Notes under the pieces: model-generated
Told to the model about the DNA's origin: nothing
Seen by the model: the letters and a program-made list of their open reading frames with translations, nothing else
The model's database searches: none
In this document: positions 13,065 to 26,710 of the stretch, piece by piece
How the letters are laid out: each line of letters starts with the position of its first letter
Numbering within the stretch: position 1 is the stretch's first letter
Assembly (NCBI GenBank): GCA_030770535.1
Contig: JASVEC010000027.1
Span: 248,001-312,000 of the forward strand
DNA from: Batkoa obscura
Lineage: Eukaryota
Reading direction: 5' to 3'
DNA length: 64,000 nt
Program-made: the position numbers and the translations under genes

Positions 13065-13750
13065 GATCGCGAATCTTGGAAGCGATAAGTTAATGCCATA
13101 TTATTTTATTTAAATAAAACGTGACTGTCTTTTAATTCAAATATAAGGATGTATTAAAGTAATTTATAAAGATATATCATTAGTTATGTATTTAAGCTTA
13201 CTTAATATTGCATGGTTATTGTTTTTATAATACAAAGAATTTTATTGGATTGATTTTTGTACTGCTGATTCCAAATATAAATAGCACAAATATGTACAAT
13301 TGTCGTTAGATGCTAATCAACATTTTTCTCTTTAATGGATAATGTATATAGTAATATAACAATAACTATAGTTTTATAAAAAAAATGTAGATACAAATAA
13401 TCTGTTTAGGTAAGTTTATGCTCAACATTAGAATCGCGAATATACATTAGGTTAAAAATCTGTTTTAAAACAACAACTAAGAAAAAACATAGTAGTATAG
13501 GGATAAAAATTCATACTTGAACTCAACAACATTAGAGAAACTATCATAGCTTAATAGTTTCACTTATAAGCTATAAACTATAATGGGACCTTTAACTAAA
13601 ACGTATAATTATAAAAAAAATCAATAACATATATGACTCTGTTCTAAAGCGCCGAATTGTTATGGTCATTCTTACTTTATCACTATAAGCCAACAATATC
13701 TATTAATAAACTTGAATGTTTATAATAATATATAAAACTACAATTTTATT

Positions 13751-14522
13751 TTATTCAAAGCCATTCTCTCTTGCTTGTTGACGAACTCTTTTTATATAAG
13801 CTGCTCTATCTGTTCTAATAAAAATTCAATCACCAAATAAGCGAAAAGTCATAAAATTATCTTACTTAAATAATCTAAAAGCGTCTTCTTGAGCTGGGGA
13901 AGCTGGGTTAGGGTCACTTAAAAGATCTTGTATACCAATAAGGATCTTTGAAAGTCAGGATTTATAAATAAAGTTTTTAAAAAATAATATTTACTTGTTT
14001 AACTGTAATTGATGGTTTCCAATCTTGCTCTTCATTAATTATAGATAAACATACAGTTCCAGAAGGATATACATTTGGATGGAATAAAGGTGGAGTAAAT
14101 ACGCCTAGTATATTTTATTAATTATAATCAATCGAGCATAGCTTTATAACTTACATTTAGGTGGTTTATTAGGGTATTCTAAATGAAAGTTAATAATTTT
14201 AAATTCATATCAATTATTTGCTTACCATTTGTAAATATAATGTCTAATTTATAAATCCCATTTTCCCAATCGGACTAAAAAAGTTATTGTCATTATTTTT
14301 AAAAAATACTCTCATTTTACCCCTTTTTTCCCCGGAATACCACAATTCCATTTCATAAGATCCAAAGTACCATCTGCTTTTTTTGTTGGTCTAGCATAAA
14401 ACCCCTTGAAAAATATAATTTTTTTTTCTATAAATTGCAATTTTGTTACTTACATGTGGATGATCTTTTCTCCAACTTTTACGTTCTTCTGTTAGCCTTT
14501 TGATACTAATTCCAGTTGACAT
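13751..14522 (-). CDS. UBC9: SUMO-conjugating enzyme Ubc9, 7 exons
   Basis: Spliced translation [29 protein letters not shown]...[10 protein letters not shown]...[48 protein letters not shown]; missed by the ORF track because of 6 introns. Confidence 0.95.
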
Positions 14523-14677
14523 TATGAATAAAACCTGAAATCAATTTAAACTGAATTTTAAATTAATCTTCCAAAATCTAAATTTTGCATAAGTTTTGCA
14601 TTTGAAACTTGGATTCAAGTCGAAAACTGATCCCAAGTTGTTTACCACTTTAACCAAATCAATTAAAAAATATCAAA

Positions 14678-14941
14678 ATGGGTGGCGGTAGATCTGGATG
14701 GAAAGGAGCATTTTTTGTAGCATTCCCACATTTAAAGAAAGCGATTATGGAAAATCAACCTATTAAAACAAATGCAAGATCATGTACCATTATCCCCTCC
14801 TTTGTTGGTGCTAAATTTTTGGTTCATAATGGTAAAAATTATATCCCCATTTCAGTATCAGAAGAAATGGTGGGTCATAAACTTGGTGAGTTTATTCCAA
14901 CCCGTAAACCTTTCAAATATCGCCAGACTAAAAATAAATAG
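14678..14941 (+). CDS. RSM19: Mitochondrial ribosomal protein uS19m
   Basis: RSGWKGAFF...[25 protein letters not shown]...[18 protein letters not shown] is the bacterial-type S19 signature. Confidence 0.92.
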   Translation: MGGGRSGWKGAFFVAFPHLKKAIMENQPIKTNARSCTIIPSFVGAKFLVHNGKNYIPISVSEEMVGHKLGEFIPTRKPFKYRQTKNK

Positions 14942-17157
14942 ACATTTCTTTTTTCATTTATGTTTTAGAGTTATTTGCGAATGAATGGGCTTTTTGGTAA
15001 CTTTTTTTGTTGATTTTAATTATTATTTCTTTTTTACGAAAAAACGTTTCTATTGTTTTTGGATATTCAATATAGTGTAATTATAAGTATTATACAAAAG
15101 GTACATTTTTAAATTAGAAGTGTTAAAAAAGAGACAGAAAACAGAACAGTGAGTTAAATTATAAGAGTAAATATAATGACCTAAATAAATAACATAGTGA
15201 CAACTAAATCACAGATAATCAAGCAGTCTAGATTTATCATAAAAAAAGCTTATTAAACTATTATTATGTTGTCAATCACTGAACTTTTTTTAGAATAATA
15301 TTAAGTTTTTTAAGTTTTAATATATTTTATAAAATAACTAACATTAAAGTATAATGATAGAATAAGAGGTAACGCTGTAGATTGCTTATGTTTAGTTTAT
15401 TTATGTGTTTTTAAATGAATATTAAGTAACTCTTTTTACTATGGATAATTTATCATCTATTCAATGCTTTTCCATACATGAATAAGTAAATAATCATTAA
15501 CTGTTTTAATTTATAGAAGATCGAAAGTGATGTATAATTTTTTACAACAAACTTATCAAAGTATATTAATGATATGTATGGTAAAATTGATAAACTTAAA
15601 ATGCGACATAATATTTGAAAGGGTACTATAATTGTAAGAAAAAGTAAACAAACAACGAATATTTTAAAAAAATATCTATTGAGTGTTAAAACAAGACTTA
15701 TTCACTAAGATAAATATACAACTTAATGCTTCTGGTAGGGAAAAGCTATAGAAGAAAAGTTTATAAAGGAGATAGATAGATTTATTAAGTATACCTCCAA
15801 GTCCATTACAACCAAAAAAGAATCATATATATCAAAAAACAAATGATCATTAATAAACATAGAGTTTTATGAACATAATCTTTAGCTGAAAAACGATTAT
15901 ATCGTTCAGAAGATATATTATACCTATCAATTTATAGTCTATCGTTTTTATACCTATTCAGTAGTAATTTTTGATTAAACTATACGATATTGGTATCTTT
16001 ATATCTAATATTATATAACATAACACTACACTATCTAATGAGTATATGTTTATTGGTAATAATACGCCATCTACCAGCGATATTTACAAAAACATTATAT
16101 TTTTTAATACCATTGTTAAAATTAGCTACTTTATAGCACTCCATATAAGCCTAATAGGCATTCGTTCGACCAGTTTCAATAACCAAATAAGTTTCATATC
16201 TTAAAAGATAGGATTGAGTTCTATAAATGGATTATTATAACCGGTAAGTAGAATAGTAACCGAAGGTGTAGTGATGTAATTAAAGAATTATAATAAGTAT
16301 AAAGATGACTGAAATCAGCTGTAGTAATCTACTTTTTTTACACTGATAACACAACTTTTAAAATAACCTATATTATAATAAAACATGAAAATACTTAATA
16401 CTGTTAATTTTTACTCAAATAGTTCCACACTTTATAAAATAATGAATACAGGTACTATGTCTAAGTTAAATAGAATTACTTTATTGATTAAGAAAACGTA
16501 AAAGCAAAATATACTTTAAAGTTTAACTAGGGTTATTTTTATTATTATTTGATATATCTTTGATTTTATTTTATTTTTTAAGTGAAATAAAACCTTAATA
16601 GAAGCAATGTAAGTAAAGTGGGAGATTTTGGGTAGGAAATATTGCTAAAAAGTGCTAATTTTATCCAACAACAATAAATGCTTTAAGTTCCAGTTACTTA
16701 TATTTTTTCATAAACAATTGGGATCAGAGTATCTATATGTAATAAAGTTGAATATGGAATTTTTTAAAGTTGAGAAGATCGGATTTTAAAAACAGTAGAA
16801 GATATTAAGGATACTAATTGTTAGTTCTTATAATAAATATCAACGTGTTATGTTTAAAATTCCAGTTCGATTTTTGACAGTATCATCATTATAATGTCAG
16901 CTGAAAACTGCAATGCAAGTTTTAAGTTTTTAATTTTTATTACAATTTAGTCTTAAAATTTAATCAATAAAATCACATCCTTTCCTTATTTTCACTTTTT
17001 AATTCGCTTCTATCAGCTTAGTCCAAAAAATCGATAAAAGTGACTACTTTTTTCTAAAACCAAATATCCACACTAACCAATCGTCAATAAATTAAAATCT
17101 TTTTATTTTCAAAAATAAATTATCTTATTTCAAATTTATCACTTTTAGTTCTAAAAG

Positions 17158-18072
17158 ATGACTCCAACAAACATAGTAAATTTCAATGAAATACCTAATT
17201 GGGGTAACAATTCCTTAAGTTTCAATCATCATGATGATGATTTTAAAGTCCAATTTTATTGTTTATCAAATGATAATGATTCTTCCTTGTCTCAACCCAC
17301 TACTTTAAGTTATCCGATTGTAATCGATACGGATGAAGAAGAAGAAGAAGAAGAAGAGGAAATAGTATTTTCCCAGCGACGTTCATTATTACCTACCACA
17401 GCAAGAATGCTCACAAGACCAAGACGTACCACCATGAATTCCAATTCCAATTCCAATTCCAATCAAACCAACTATCCTATCCTACTACCAAAAACTGTTG
17501 TTTATGAACCCGATTTTGAAATCAATTCTAAAGTATCCATATGGCAAGGGGATATTACAAAACTCCGAATTGATTGTATTGTAAACGCTACAACCTTTGA
17601 AATTTTACATGGTTCTGGTGTCACCCGAGCTATAATAACCGCTGGTGGACCAGATCTTATAGCTGAATGTCGAAAAATTGGTGGATGTGGAGCAGGTGAT
17701 ATTTGTGTAACTAAAGGTTATCGATTACCATGTAAATTTGTATTACATACTGTTGGACCATCAAGTGAAAATGAGCGATTATTAAAACAATGTTATTGGA
17801 AATGTCTGGATCAATTGGAGAAATTAAAACCAATGGGGAAATCCATTGCTTTCCCTTGTATTTCCACAGGGGTTAAAAGGTATCCAAACCCAGCAGCGGC
17901 GCATGTAGCGTTAAAAACGGTAAGTGAATGGCTAAGACAACATCCTGAAAGTTGTGTAAAGAGAGTGGTATTTTGTACTTTTTTGGAGTTGGATAAAGAT
18001 ATTTATAATGAACTTATTGCCATTTATTTCCCTCCCGCTTTGCCTAGATTTGATACCTATGAGTTACATTAA
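17158..18072 (+). CDS. Macro domain protein (MacroD/GDAP2-like) with divergent active-site loops
   Basis: SIWQGDITKL..DCIVNA...VTKGYRLPCKFVLHTVGP...SIAFPCISTG; acidic/low-complexity N-terminus. Confidence 0.9.
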   Translation: MTPTNIVNFNEIPNWGNNSLSFNHHDDDFKVQFYCLSNDNDSSLSQPTTLSYPIVIDTDEEEEEEEEEIVFSQRRSLLPTTARMLTRPRRTTMNSNSNSNSNQTNYPILLPKTVVYEPDFEINSKVSIWQGDITKLRIDCIVNATTFEILHGSGVTRAIITAGGPDLIAECRKIGGCGAGDICVTKGYRLPCKFVLHTVGPSSENERLLKQCYWKCLDQLEKLKPMGKSIAFPCISTGVKRYPNPAAAHVALKTVSEWLRQHPESCVKRVVFCTFLELDKDIYNELIAIYFPPALPRFDTYELH

Positions 18073-18585
18073 GAAAATAGGAGAGAGTGCCATTTTTTAT
18101 TTGTTTATAGGGAGTATGCTATTTTTATTTTTATTATGCTATTTTTTCTATGCAGTGTTTTTTATATACCTAGTAAATGTGTTTTTTTATATATCTAGTA
18201 AATGTGTTTTTTGGGCTTTTTATGTTAATAGTTTTTTTTAGCACTATATTATATTATTATTTATCTTGTATTATTATTAGTATTTATATTTTATTCTATT
18301 GTATTGTCAATATTGCATTATGGTTATTTTATTCAATCAGTACTTATTTAGTTAAGCTAAAATTGAATTTGATGAAATTGAGATTAAGAATTAATTCTAC
18401 AGAATAAGAAATATAAGAAATATTCTTTAAGTTTGTTTTATTGAAATTGTTAAGTTTATTTATTATATTGAAATTTATATCAATAGCAGTAGTAATAGAT
18501 AGTATAAGAAAGAGATAGTAAATAAAAGTATTTTTTAGATTACGTTTTGTTACTTTGAGATTTCCAATTGATAAATTAATTAGTA

Positions 18586-18693
18586 TATTAGTATTTGTTT
18601 TCTAGTTTCATTGAATTTTCCACTTTTTAAGTACTATTGAATGGAAAAATTGTTAAATAAAATTATCAAATAAAAAAAAGGCATGTCCATATA
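18586..18693 (-). mobile_element. MITE family A copy (reverse, degenerate)
   Basis: Reverse complement reads tatatggacatgcc...aacaatttttccattcaatagtacttaaaaagtggaaaa... Confidence 0.65.
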
Positions 18694-18703
18694 GAAACTA
18701 TTA

Positions 18704-18856
18704 CACTAGGAGAGGTCTCAGGTAGTTAATCCCGAAACCTATTTTATTTAGTAAAACACAATGAGATTTTTTTTAAATAAAGTAAATAGATTTTTGTGCT
18801 TTACTAAATAAATCAAGTTTCGCGAGTAACTTAACTATCTGAGACCTCTCCTAGTG
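18704..18856. mobile_element. Fold-back MITE with CACTA...TAGTG termini
   Basis: Perfect 18-bp TIR CACTAGGAGAGGTCTCAG / CTGAGACCTCTCCTAGTG, imperfect palindromy continuing inward, flanked by TA on both sides. Confidence 0.85.
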
Positions 18857-18987
18857 TAGTAAAATCTTTAATATTTTAAAAAATATTTTTATCCTCTTAT
18901 CCTCCTCATCCCTGGAATCTTGATTATTTCCAACTTAGTAATTTTTATAATTATAAATATTGTAATTAATTGGAACAATTCCTATTC

Positions 18988-19154
18988 TTAAAATTAGTTG
19001 CATTTAGATGCCTTTACTTTATTTTAATTTGTTACTAATTTCTTTTATAACAAATATATAAATAACACATTACATAAGCTTAATAAATTTAATGTAAAAG
19101 AAATTAATAACAAATTAAAATAAAGTAAAGACATCTAAATGCAACCAATTTTAA
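18988..19154. repeat. Long inverted repeat / fold-back element (~60-bp arms)
   Basis: ttaaaattagttgcatttagatgcctttactttattttaatttgttactaatttctttta pairs with taaaagaaattaataacaaattaaaataaagtaaagacatctaaatgcaaccaattttaa with few mismatches. Confidence 0.85.
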
Positions 19155-19317
19155 CAAATAAGATCATTTTATTGAAAATTCGGAGTTGATTTAGATTTAG
19201 CAATTTTTTAATGTTTACTTTTTTAATTACTTAAAAGTGGAACTATTCATTTTTACTTTCAAAAGGTGGAATATAAAAGTAGATCATCTACAAATAACAT
19301 AAAAATTAACTAACTAA

Positions 19318-21651
19318 ATGGATAAGGTAAATACTGGCTATTAATACTCTTATTTTATAATAAAACATGGAGCATTCCACAATCTCATTACCTTTTCTCA
19401 TATCAATTTAATCTTCTTATAGCTTCCCAAACCCATTCAAAGCTATGATATTATATTGCCTTTTGCTGTAACAAATAATCGAGAAAAAAGAGGAAGAGCA
19501 TGTGATATGTGTTATTCACGTAAAGTGAAGTGTGATAAAATATTGCCCAATTGTGGTAACTGTAGTAAAGGAAAAATAGCTTGCACTTATTTTCGAGCTG
19601 AAGGACAAAGGTATCATATTGGAAGACCAATAAATAGTCGGAATAAAAAAGAAGGAAATGAAAATAAGGAGATTGAGAGAAGGATGAAGGGTGTTAAGGT
19701 AAGAAAAAAGAGTTTATATTAATAGATTAAATTAAAGTTTTATTTATATATTATATAATTTATTATCGTTATTATTTAGAATGGACATTCAATAACAATA
19801 ACAAGTAGAAGAGGAGAATTAAATTTACCAAAAAAACAAATTACATTATATAAAGTATTAAATCCAATGCCAAAAAATGAACGTTTTTTCTTTCAATTTT
19901 CCAATTATTCTTTAGGTAAATCAACTGTTATATTAAGTGATAATGGAGAAGGAGTGTTTTTTGGAAATAGTCCAGCATCTTATGCATTATCATCTAATCC
20001 ACATGCTTTACGTACATTATTAATATTAATTAATAATCCAGAATATGAAAGTAAAATAGACAATTTGTTCTATTCTAGTAAAAATATTAAAAAGTTTTTA
20101 AAAATGGATTCAATATTAAATAATCATCAAAACATTAATTTATTTAGTTTATTATCTAATGAAATGATATATCAACTAATTGAATCCTATTTTTATCATT
20201 TTAATTCAGGATATTCTTTATTAAATCGTAAAGTATTTGATTATTGGATGAAAAACAAAATGAATTCTTCAATTCAATTCTTATTTTCAACTGTATTATT
20301 AACTGCTAGCGGATATTTCAATATTAAATCATATATACCAAGATTAGGTTTATTATTTGCTAAAAATTCAATAACATTATTGAAGCCAATCTATTTAAAA
20401 CCAAGTTTATCAACAATACAAGGTTTAATTATTATGTCTCATTATCCATCTACTATATTAGATGATAATACAGCTCAATACGGATGGACATATCATAGTT
20501 TAGCTATTAAAATGGCTATAAATATTGGGTTACATTTACCAAGCCCTAATTTACCTTCATATTTACAAGAATTAAGAAGAAGAACAATGTGGTCTTTATT
20601 TTGTAATGATGTATTATTTCGATTATGTGTTGGAAAAAATCAAATGATTGCATTGAATCAATTATTTATTAATATGCCTCAATTAAATGAAATATTAGAT
20701 AGTAGTGAACAATGGTTTAATCCGTTATGGCCAGAATCTCCATCCCCGTTAAGAAGAGTTAAAGCTATTGAAGCAAGAATTTTATTTTTTAAAATTGCTT
20801 ATAAAATGCTAACTATTCATTTAAATTATAAAGATAAATTTAAACCATTTTCATTAGCTAATTGTACTTTAATGCCTTTAGGTTGGAATTTGTCCAAAAG
20901 TGTATTAAAATTGCCATTATATAATCAATTTCTAATAGAAACAAAAGTATTAGAAAAAAAATTACATAGTTGGTATTTATCTCATCATCCTTTAAGACAA
21001 CGAAGAGTACCTAAAGCAGAAAAAAATTCAATAATAATACCACATCGTAAAGATATGTATGCTTTCCTTGGATCTTTACATTATATTTATTTATTAGTAG
21101 AATTATATCGACCTCATTTTATATTAGATTTACCATTTTATTTTAAAGATATGGAATTATTTTATAAAGCTATTAATGAACCAGAAAGTTATCCTATTAA
21201 TGAATTTCTTCAATTACCAAATTGTTTAAAACCGTTAATTGCTTCCTATTTAGGTTGTTATTATATAGTTGAAAGAAGATTTGATTTTTTTCATATCGGG
21301 GTACCTTATAAATGGTGGTGGTTATTTAATTTTTATTTAACTTTACATTATTATTTAGAAAGACCTTATAAAAATGATGATAGAAGTAATAATAATAATA
21401 ATAATAATAATCAACAACAAAATACACAATATAGTCAACAGAATAATAAACAAGGAAAGAATTTAATTGAAGAAATAAAAGAAGATAATATGGATTTATT
21501 ATTAATTAGTAAAATTATTAAAATAATGAAAGGAGTTTATAAAATATTAATGGAAGGTGCTGATCGATTTGTATTAGCTAATGATATCTTTTCAGTATTA
21601 AAAATGTTCCCTATATCTTTAGATCCTATTCAATTTCAATCTAAAAATTAA
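19318..21651 (+). CDS. Zn(II)2Cys6 transcription factor with fungal-specific TF middle homology domain, 3 exons
   Basis: Proposed exon 1 19318-19326 (MDK), intron 19327-19422, exon 2 19423-19698 (ACDMCYSRKVKCDKILPNCGNCSKGKIACTY), intron 19699-19779, exon 3 in frame with the 594-aa ORF (AIKMAINIGLH...ELRRRTMWSLF). Confidence 0.9.
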
Positions 21652-21678
21652 ATTCCATTATTCATATTATTATTAATT

Positions 21679-24034
21679 TTATTTTTTATTTAAATCAAAA
21701 TAATCTACTTCATCTATATCTTCTTCATTTTCTTCATTAATTGTATAATTTATAGGTGAATTGTTTAATGAATTTAATTGTAAATCTAAATATTTTGGAT
21801 GAGGAGTAGGTATTCTATCTATCGAAATTTCCGATGTTTCAGGTGATGGATAATTATTTAAATAAAATTCATTTTCACTATTATTATTATTATTATGATT
21901 TTGATTATTATTATTGTGTTCTTGATTTTCAAGTGTTTGTATTAAATTATTGACATCTTCATTATTAATATTATTCAATTCATTTTCATTAAAATTTAAA
22001 TTTCTTACTTCCTCTTCAAACTGTAATCCAGTAGCTGAATTTGGTGGTGTTAATTGCCACCATAGAGTATTATTATTTGCATTATTTCTAATATCTAATT
22101 GATTAATTGAGGAATTATATAATTTAGCTAACAACAGTAACAACACAACAATAAATAATACAGCTAATTGAGCCAATTGTAATCTTTTACCAAATCCCAC
22201 TTCATTTTTCAATACATTGAATTTTTTTTCCAATATATTAATTTCAAGTTTTCTTTTATTATTCATATTTTCTACTTGATCTCCCATTTTTTCCCATAAT
22301 TCTTCCTGTTTGATTTTAATTTGTTGAAATTGTAAGTAAATTAATGTATTTAATTCTTTAAACCCTAGTTGAAATTGAGTTAATTGATGTTGATCAATTT
22401 CCATAAATAAATTATTAAATGTTGTTGCTTGATTATCAATATACGCTTGTAATAACTGATAATTCGATTCAAGATTTATTAAACGTCGATTTAGTGCTCG
22501 GAATACATTTTCAGGTCCATTATTATTATTGTTTTTATTATTACTATTTTTACTATTATTGTTACCATTATTATTGTTTATATTTTCACCATCCGTAGGT
22601 TCCGGTTGTTTTATATTATCTTCACTTTCACTCATTTCTGTTAATATATCTTGAAATTTACTCTCTGTTGTTAAACTACTCATAGTTTTAAATTCTTCTT
22701 CAGTATTACTTTCTTTTTTAAATTTCGTTTTTCCCATATTATGATTTAATTTTAAACTATCAGTATAACTTAAAATAGCTTTACAATATTTTAGTTTAAA
22801 TAATTGTTTCAATTGATATTTATCATAAGGGGTTATAGCATAACTTATTTTGGGTTCAAAATTAAATAAATGAATTAATTTTTTTTTACAACATTGAGTA
22901 CTACTAGTGGGTATTATTGGTAAATTATTAAAACTGGTGGTTAAATGAGGGCTTTCTATAAATTGTAAGATATTATTTTGTTGATTCTCAAATGTTTCGG
23001 ATTTTGTTTTAATACTCTTACTCTTATTTTCAATTACCTTTATTTCCTCTTCTTTATTTTCTCTAATATCTCCAATCTCTTCTTCATTATCATTAGTTCC
23101 TTCATCTTCCATAGATACTACCTCAAAATTTTCTTTTTTTATTAATTGGGTTTCTGGTTCTTCTGGATTATTTAAAAATCCCGCTAACATAGTAGGACCA
23201 AATACTTTAATTTCGGATATAGGACAATAATATTCATTGCCATAATGAGATTTGAATTCAATCTTAAGGTATTTCATATAGCCTTTAACATTCACATCAA
23301 ATGCCTAAATTAAAAAATAGAAACCAATTGATTAATTTAATTGATTTAATTTATTATGATTTATGATATATTTTTTTACCTGAAAATTTTTAATATTTAA
23401 GGCTTCAAAAGAACCGGCAAAATACCAATCTTCTTTTTGGGGTGGATAAGTAGCTGAAGCATATAAATCAAATCGTTTAAATGTGGATGAAAAAAATTCA
23501 AAATTAGCTAATAATAAGGTTTGTATTTCTATTTCTTGACATAATTCTACAACTATATATCTTTCACTGGAGCATTTATCTAATAGATAGCGATCTTTAT
23601 TCTTGTCTAAGATAGCGCTTGGATTGCGTGAAGAAGGATTCGTAGACATTATATTAGCTGCACAATCTTTTGATGCATAGTTAAATCGATCTTTAGGTCC
23701 TTTATATGAATAGCCAATGTATAATTCATGAATGCTTTGTTTATCTTCACCGGTTTTTGAAGACTCTTTGGATGTATTCGGTTTGGTTTTAAAATCGGAA
23801 GTTATATCTGTGATTTTTTTAATATATTCTTCAAAGGAAGGGAGTATTGAGTCCCAATTTTTTAAATAATTTATTGTACTTTTGATTGGTTTGGTTAATG
23901 AAGCTAGATCTTTTATCACAGTTGATGTCTAGAAAGTGTTAGTGGTTACATAATGGTAGAAGAGGAGTTACCTGCTGACTAATGGTTAATTGTAAATAAG
24001 TTAATTGTAAATATAAGATTATTTTATAATTCAT
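21679..24034 (-). CDS. SLP1: Mid-SUN domain ER membrane protein (Slp1/SUCO family), 3 exons
   Basis: Signal-peptide exon 24034-23972, exon 23928-23380, exon 23304-21679; RFNYASKDCAA...VVELCQEI...LANFEFFSSTFK...SHYGNEYYCPISEIKVFG; coiled coil and TM segment. Confidence 0.9.
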
Positions 24035-24296
24035 GATTAATAATAATAAAATAAAATTTAAAATTGGTCAATATTTTGATTAATGCTTTTTAAAACTTGG
24101 CATTTATTTTAAATGATTCCAATTTTAACCAATCAATTTTTGAAATTCAATAAATTAAAAAATATCAATATTAATAATAATCAATGATTTATTACAAAAT
24201 ACTAATCATTTAAAATAGAACTTTATTTCTTAAGCAAATATAAATAAGTTTTTCAAATATGATAACAGTAATATATATACAAAATTTAATTACAGC

Positions 24297-26710
24297 TCAT
24301 TCCATAACATCTTCTATATTACGATCAACCACCATCTCTTTGCCACCTTCAGCTTCCTCACGACCAACCACTTCCTGCCCACCTTCCTTTACTACCTCAC
24401 TCTCTTCGATTAATTCTTTCTCACTTGTAACCTCATCTGCTTCAAAAGTTGTAAAAATATCTTCATTTATATCCATTAAAGTATTCTGCTTCCAAGTGCC
24501 TAAACATGTATTAAGATCTCTATAACTTAATTTTAAATCATTTTCTTCCCATTCTTTTAAACTTTGTTCTTGAATTTTAACCCAATTATTTTTCTCCTTC
24601 TTTCTTTTCATCATTATACCTCGTTGCCATAATATTTTTTCTGTTGTTAAATTTAAATCCTCTTCATCTTCTCTGTTTTTATAACCTAAACGTTGACGAA
24701 TAGGGATTCTTTTAGGACTATTGTTATAGGCTAACCTTTGATTAATTGATATTCTTTTAGTAGGATAAGGTTTATTATGATTATAATTTTGTTATTTAAT
24801 TAGAGCAAGCCTTTAGTTGATAGATACACTTGTATCCTTATCATTCCTACAAGAACTCTTCTCATTCTTATTTATATTATTTTTCTTAATCAAATTTAAT
24901 GGTATTCTATCTTTAGTATATTGACTATCATTATTCTGGTAGTTTCGTTTCATTTTAGTAAAATGATCTTCTGAGTTTCTCACCTCAAGTAAATTTATAA
25001 GGGCTCAAATACCATCTTTCATTTTTTTTTCTTCTGATTCCTGCTCCATATTTTTATTTTTAGTTATTGATTCAAGGAACCGTTTATCTCCTTCATTTTC
25101 TTTTTTAATTAAATTTTCTTTATACTTATCACCTGAAAACGTTTCTTGTTGTTCATTTATATCATCAGCTTCAATCTCCTTATCAACATTGTGATTGAGT
25201 ATGTCCTCTTTATTCTTACTATTTCCAAAACATAACTCATAATCTTCACTTAAATCCTCTTCCCATCCTCTCATATCTGTACCCTCCAATACTTCTTTAG
25301 TTCCATCCCTAATATCATTATTCTGTTTATTGTTATAAAGTTCTAACTCTGTATCTTTAAAGCTTTTTCTTTCAACGATAGCAGATTCGTCTTCAAGCTC
25401 TTTCCGTATGTTTGGTTTAATTTCCAGCTCTACATCCTTTATAATGTCTTTTGTAATGTCTTGTCTGTCAAACCTTTCGCCCCCATTGAAACTGCTAAAA
25501 TCTTTGATATCATTTCCGCATAAATCAAAGTTATTATTTCCAACAACTACTCTAGTGTCTTTATTAGAATCCTTTTCCACTTCTTCAATATGATCAAAAG
25601 TTCTCCATTCTTTCTTGAAGTTGTACGATTTCTTTGTTTCATTTGCCATATTATTGCCCCTCTTTTTATTTTCCCAATTACGATTATTATTTTGATCCGT
25701 CCCTCTATTTTTTGGATTCTTTACTTTTCGATTCCAATTATACCCTTGGTTACCATTATTATTATTATCTTTCAGATCATAAAATAGACTTGAAGTGCTC
25801 ATTTTATTAAATTCATTGTTATTATTATTATCGAATCGATTTGTGCTATTATTAAAACTGTTATTATTGTTAAATTGGCTTGTGCTATTATTTTTCGAAT
25901 TAAAGTAGGTAGTATTAGAATTACGTTGTGCATCCCCTTGATTGTTTTCAAAGCTATTATTAAATTGGTTATTATTAAAATCATTATTATTATTAGTCCC
26001 TCGAAAATTGATATTTCTAAACTGGTTTCGATTAAACTTCTTTTCATTAAAGTTTCCATTATCTCCTTGAAAGCTATTATTGTTTTGAAAACCATTATTA
26101 TTTTGATAATTATTATAATTATTATTATTCTTTCGCCTACTATTATTATTATATCTGCTATTATTTCGGTTATTGTTATTGAACTGATTATCGGAATTGC
26201 CTATGTTATTTGAATTCCATAACTCTTCCTTCTGATTGTATCCAGTTTAATTTATTGTCTAAATAAAAACCAAGTTCGTTATGAAAATAGAGAAAGTGAG
26301 CCATTACCACTATTATTCATGAGTGGATTCCTAAAATCACCATAATTAAGTCTTTGCTTCCAATTGTTGTTATCGTTATCTCCTTGATTCCAACCGTTAT
26401 TATTTTTATTTTTTCGATTAAAACCATTACTATTATTTCCGAGATTGCAATTCTTATTGTTATTCTCCTGATTCCAGTTGTTACTATTATTTCCCTGGTT
26501 AAAGTCATTATCATTATTTATTGGGCTCTAATTGTTATTAATATCCCCATCCATTCCATTAAACTCCCTAAAAAGCTGGATTTCATCTGGATTATTCAAC
26601 TCCTCATTTAACTGATCAACTGGAGAGTAATTGAGTATATAATCATGTTTCTTGATCCACTCTATTATCAATTTTTTTTCTTGATATGTTAATGTTGGTA
26701 TTTCATTCAT
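24297..26710 (-). pseudogene. Disrupted gene for a long Asn/Arg/Glu-rich low-complexity protein
   Basis: ORFs 24297..24614 and 25005..25802 share a frame that is open from ~26246 except for isolated stops (25005 TGA, 24813 TAA, 24792 TAA); upstream segment 26710-26308 has an isolated TAG at 26528. Confidence 0.7.

Noticed and set aside
15560..16330. Possible decayed retroelement or gene fragment (also 52930-53330)
   Set aside because: The frames I translated had many stops and no recognisable RT, integrase or transposase motifs
25408..26611. Several Ile-rich short ORFs on both strands (also 34478..34890)
   Set aside because: Shadow frames of AAT-rich (Asn) low-complexity coding or pseudogene sequence
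24297..26710. Stop-to-Gln genetic code reassignment
   Set aside because: Intact conserved genes in the window (UBC9, RSM19, PGK) end at TAA/TAG at the expected positions and have no internal stops
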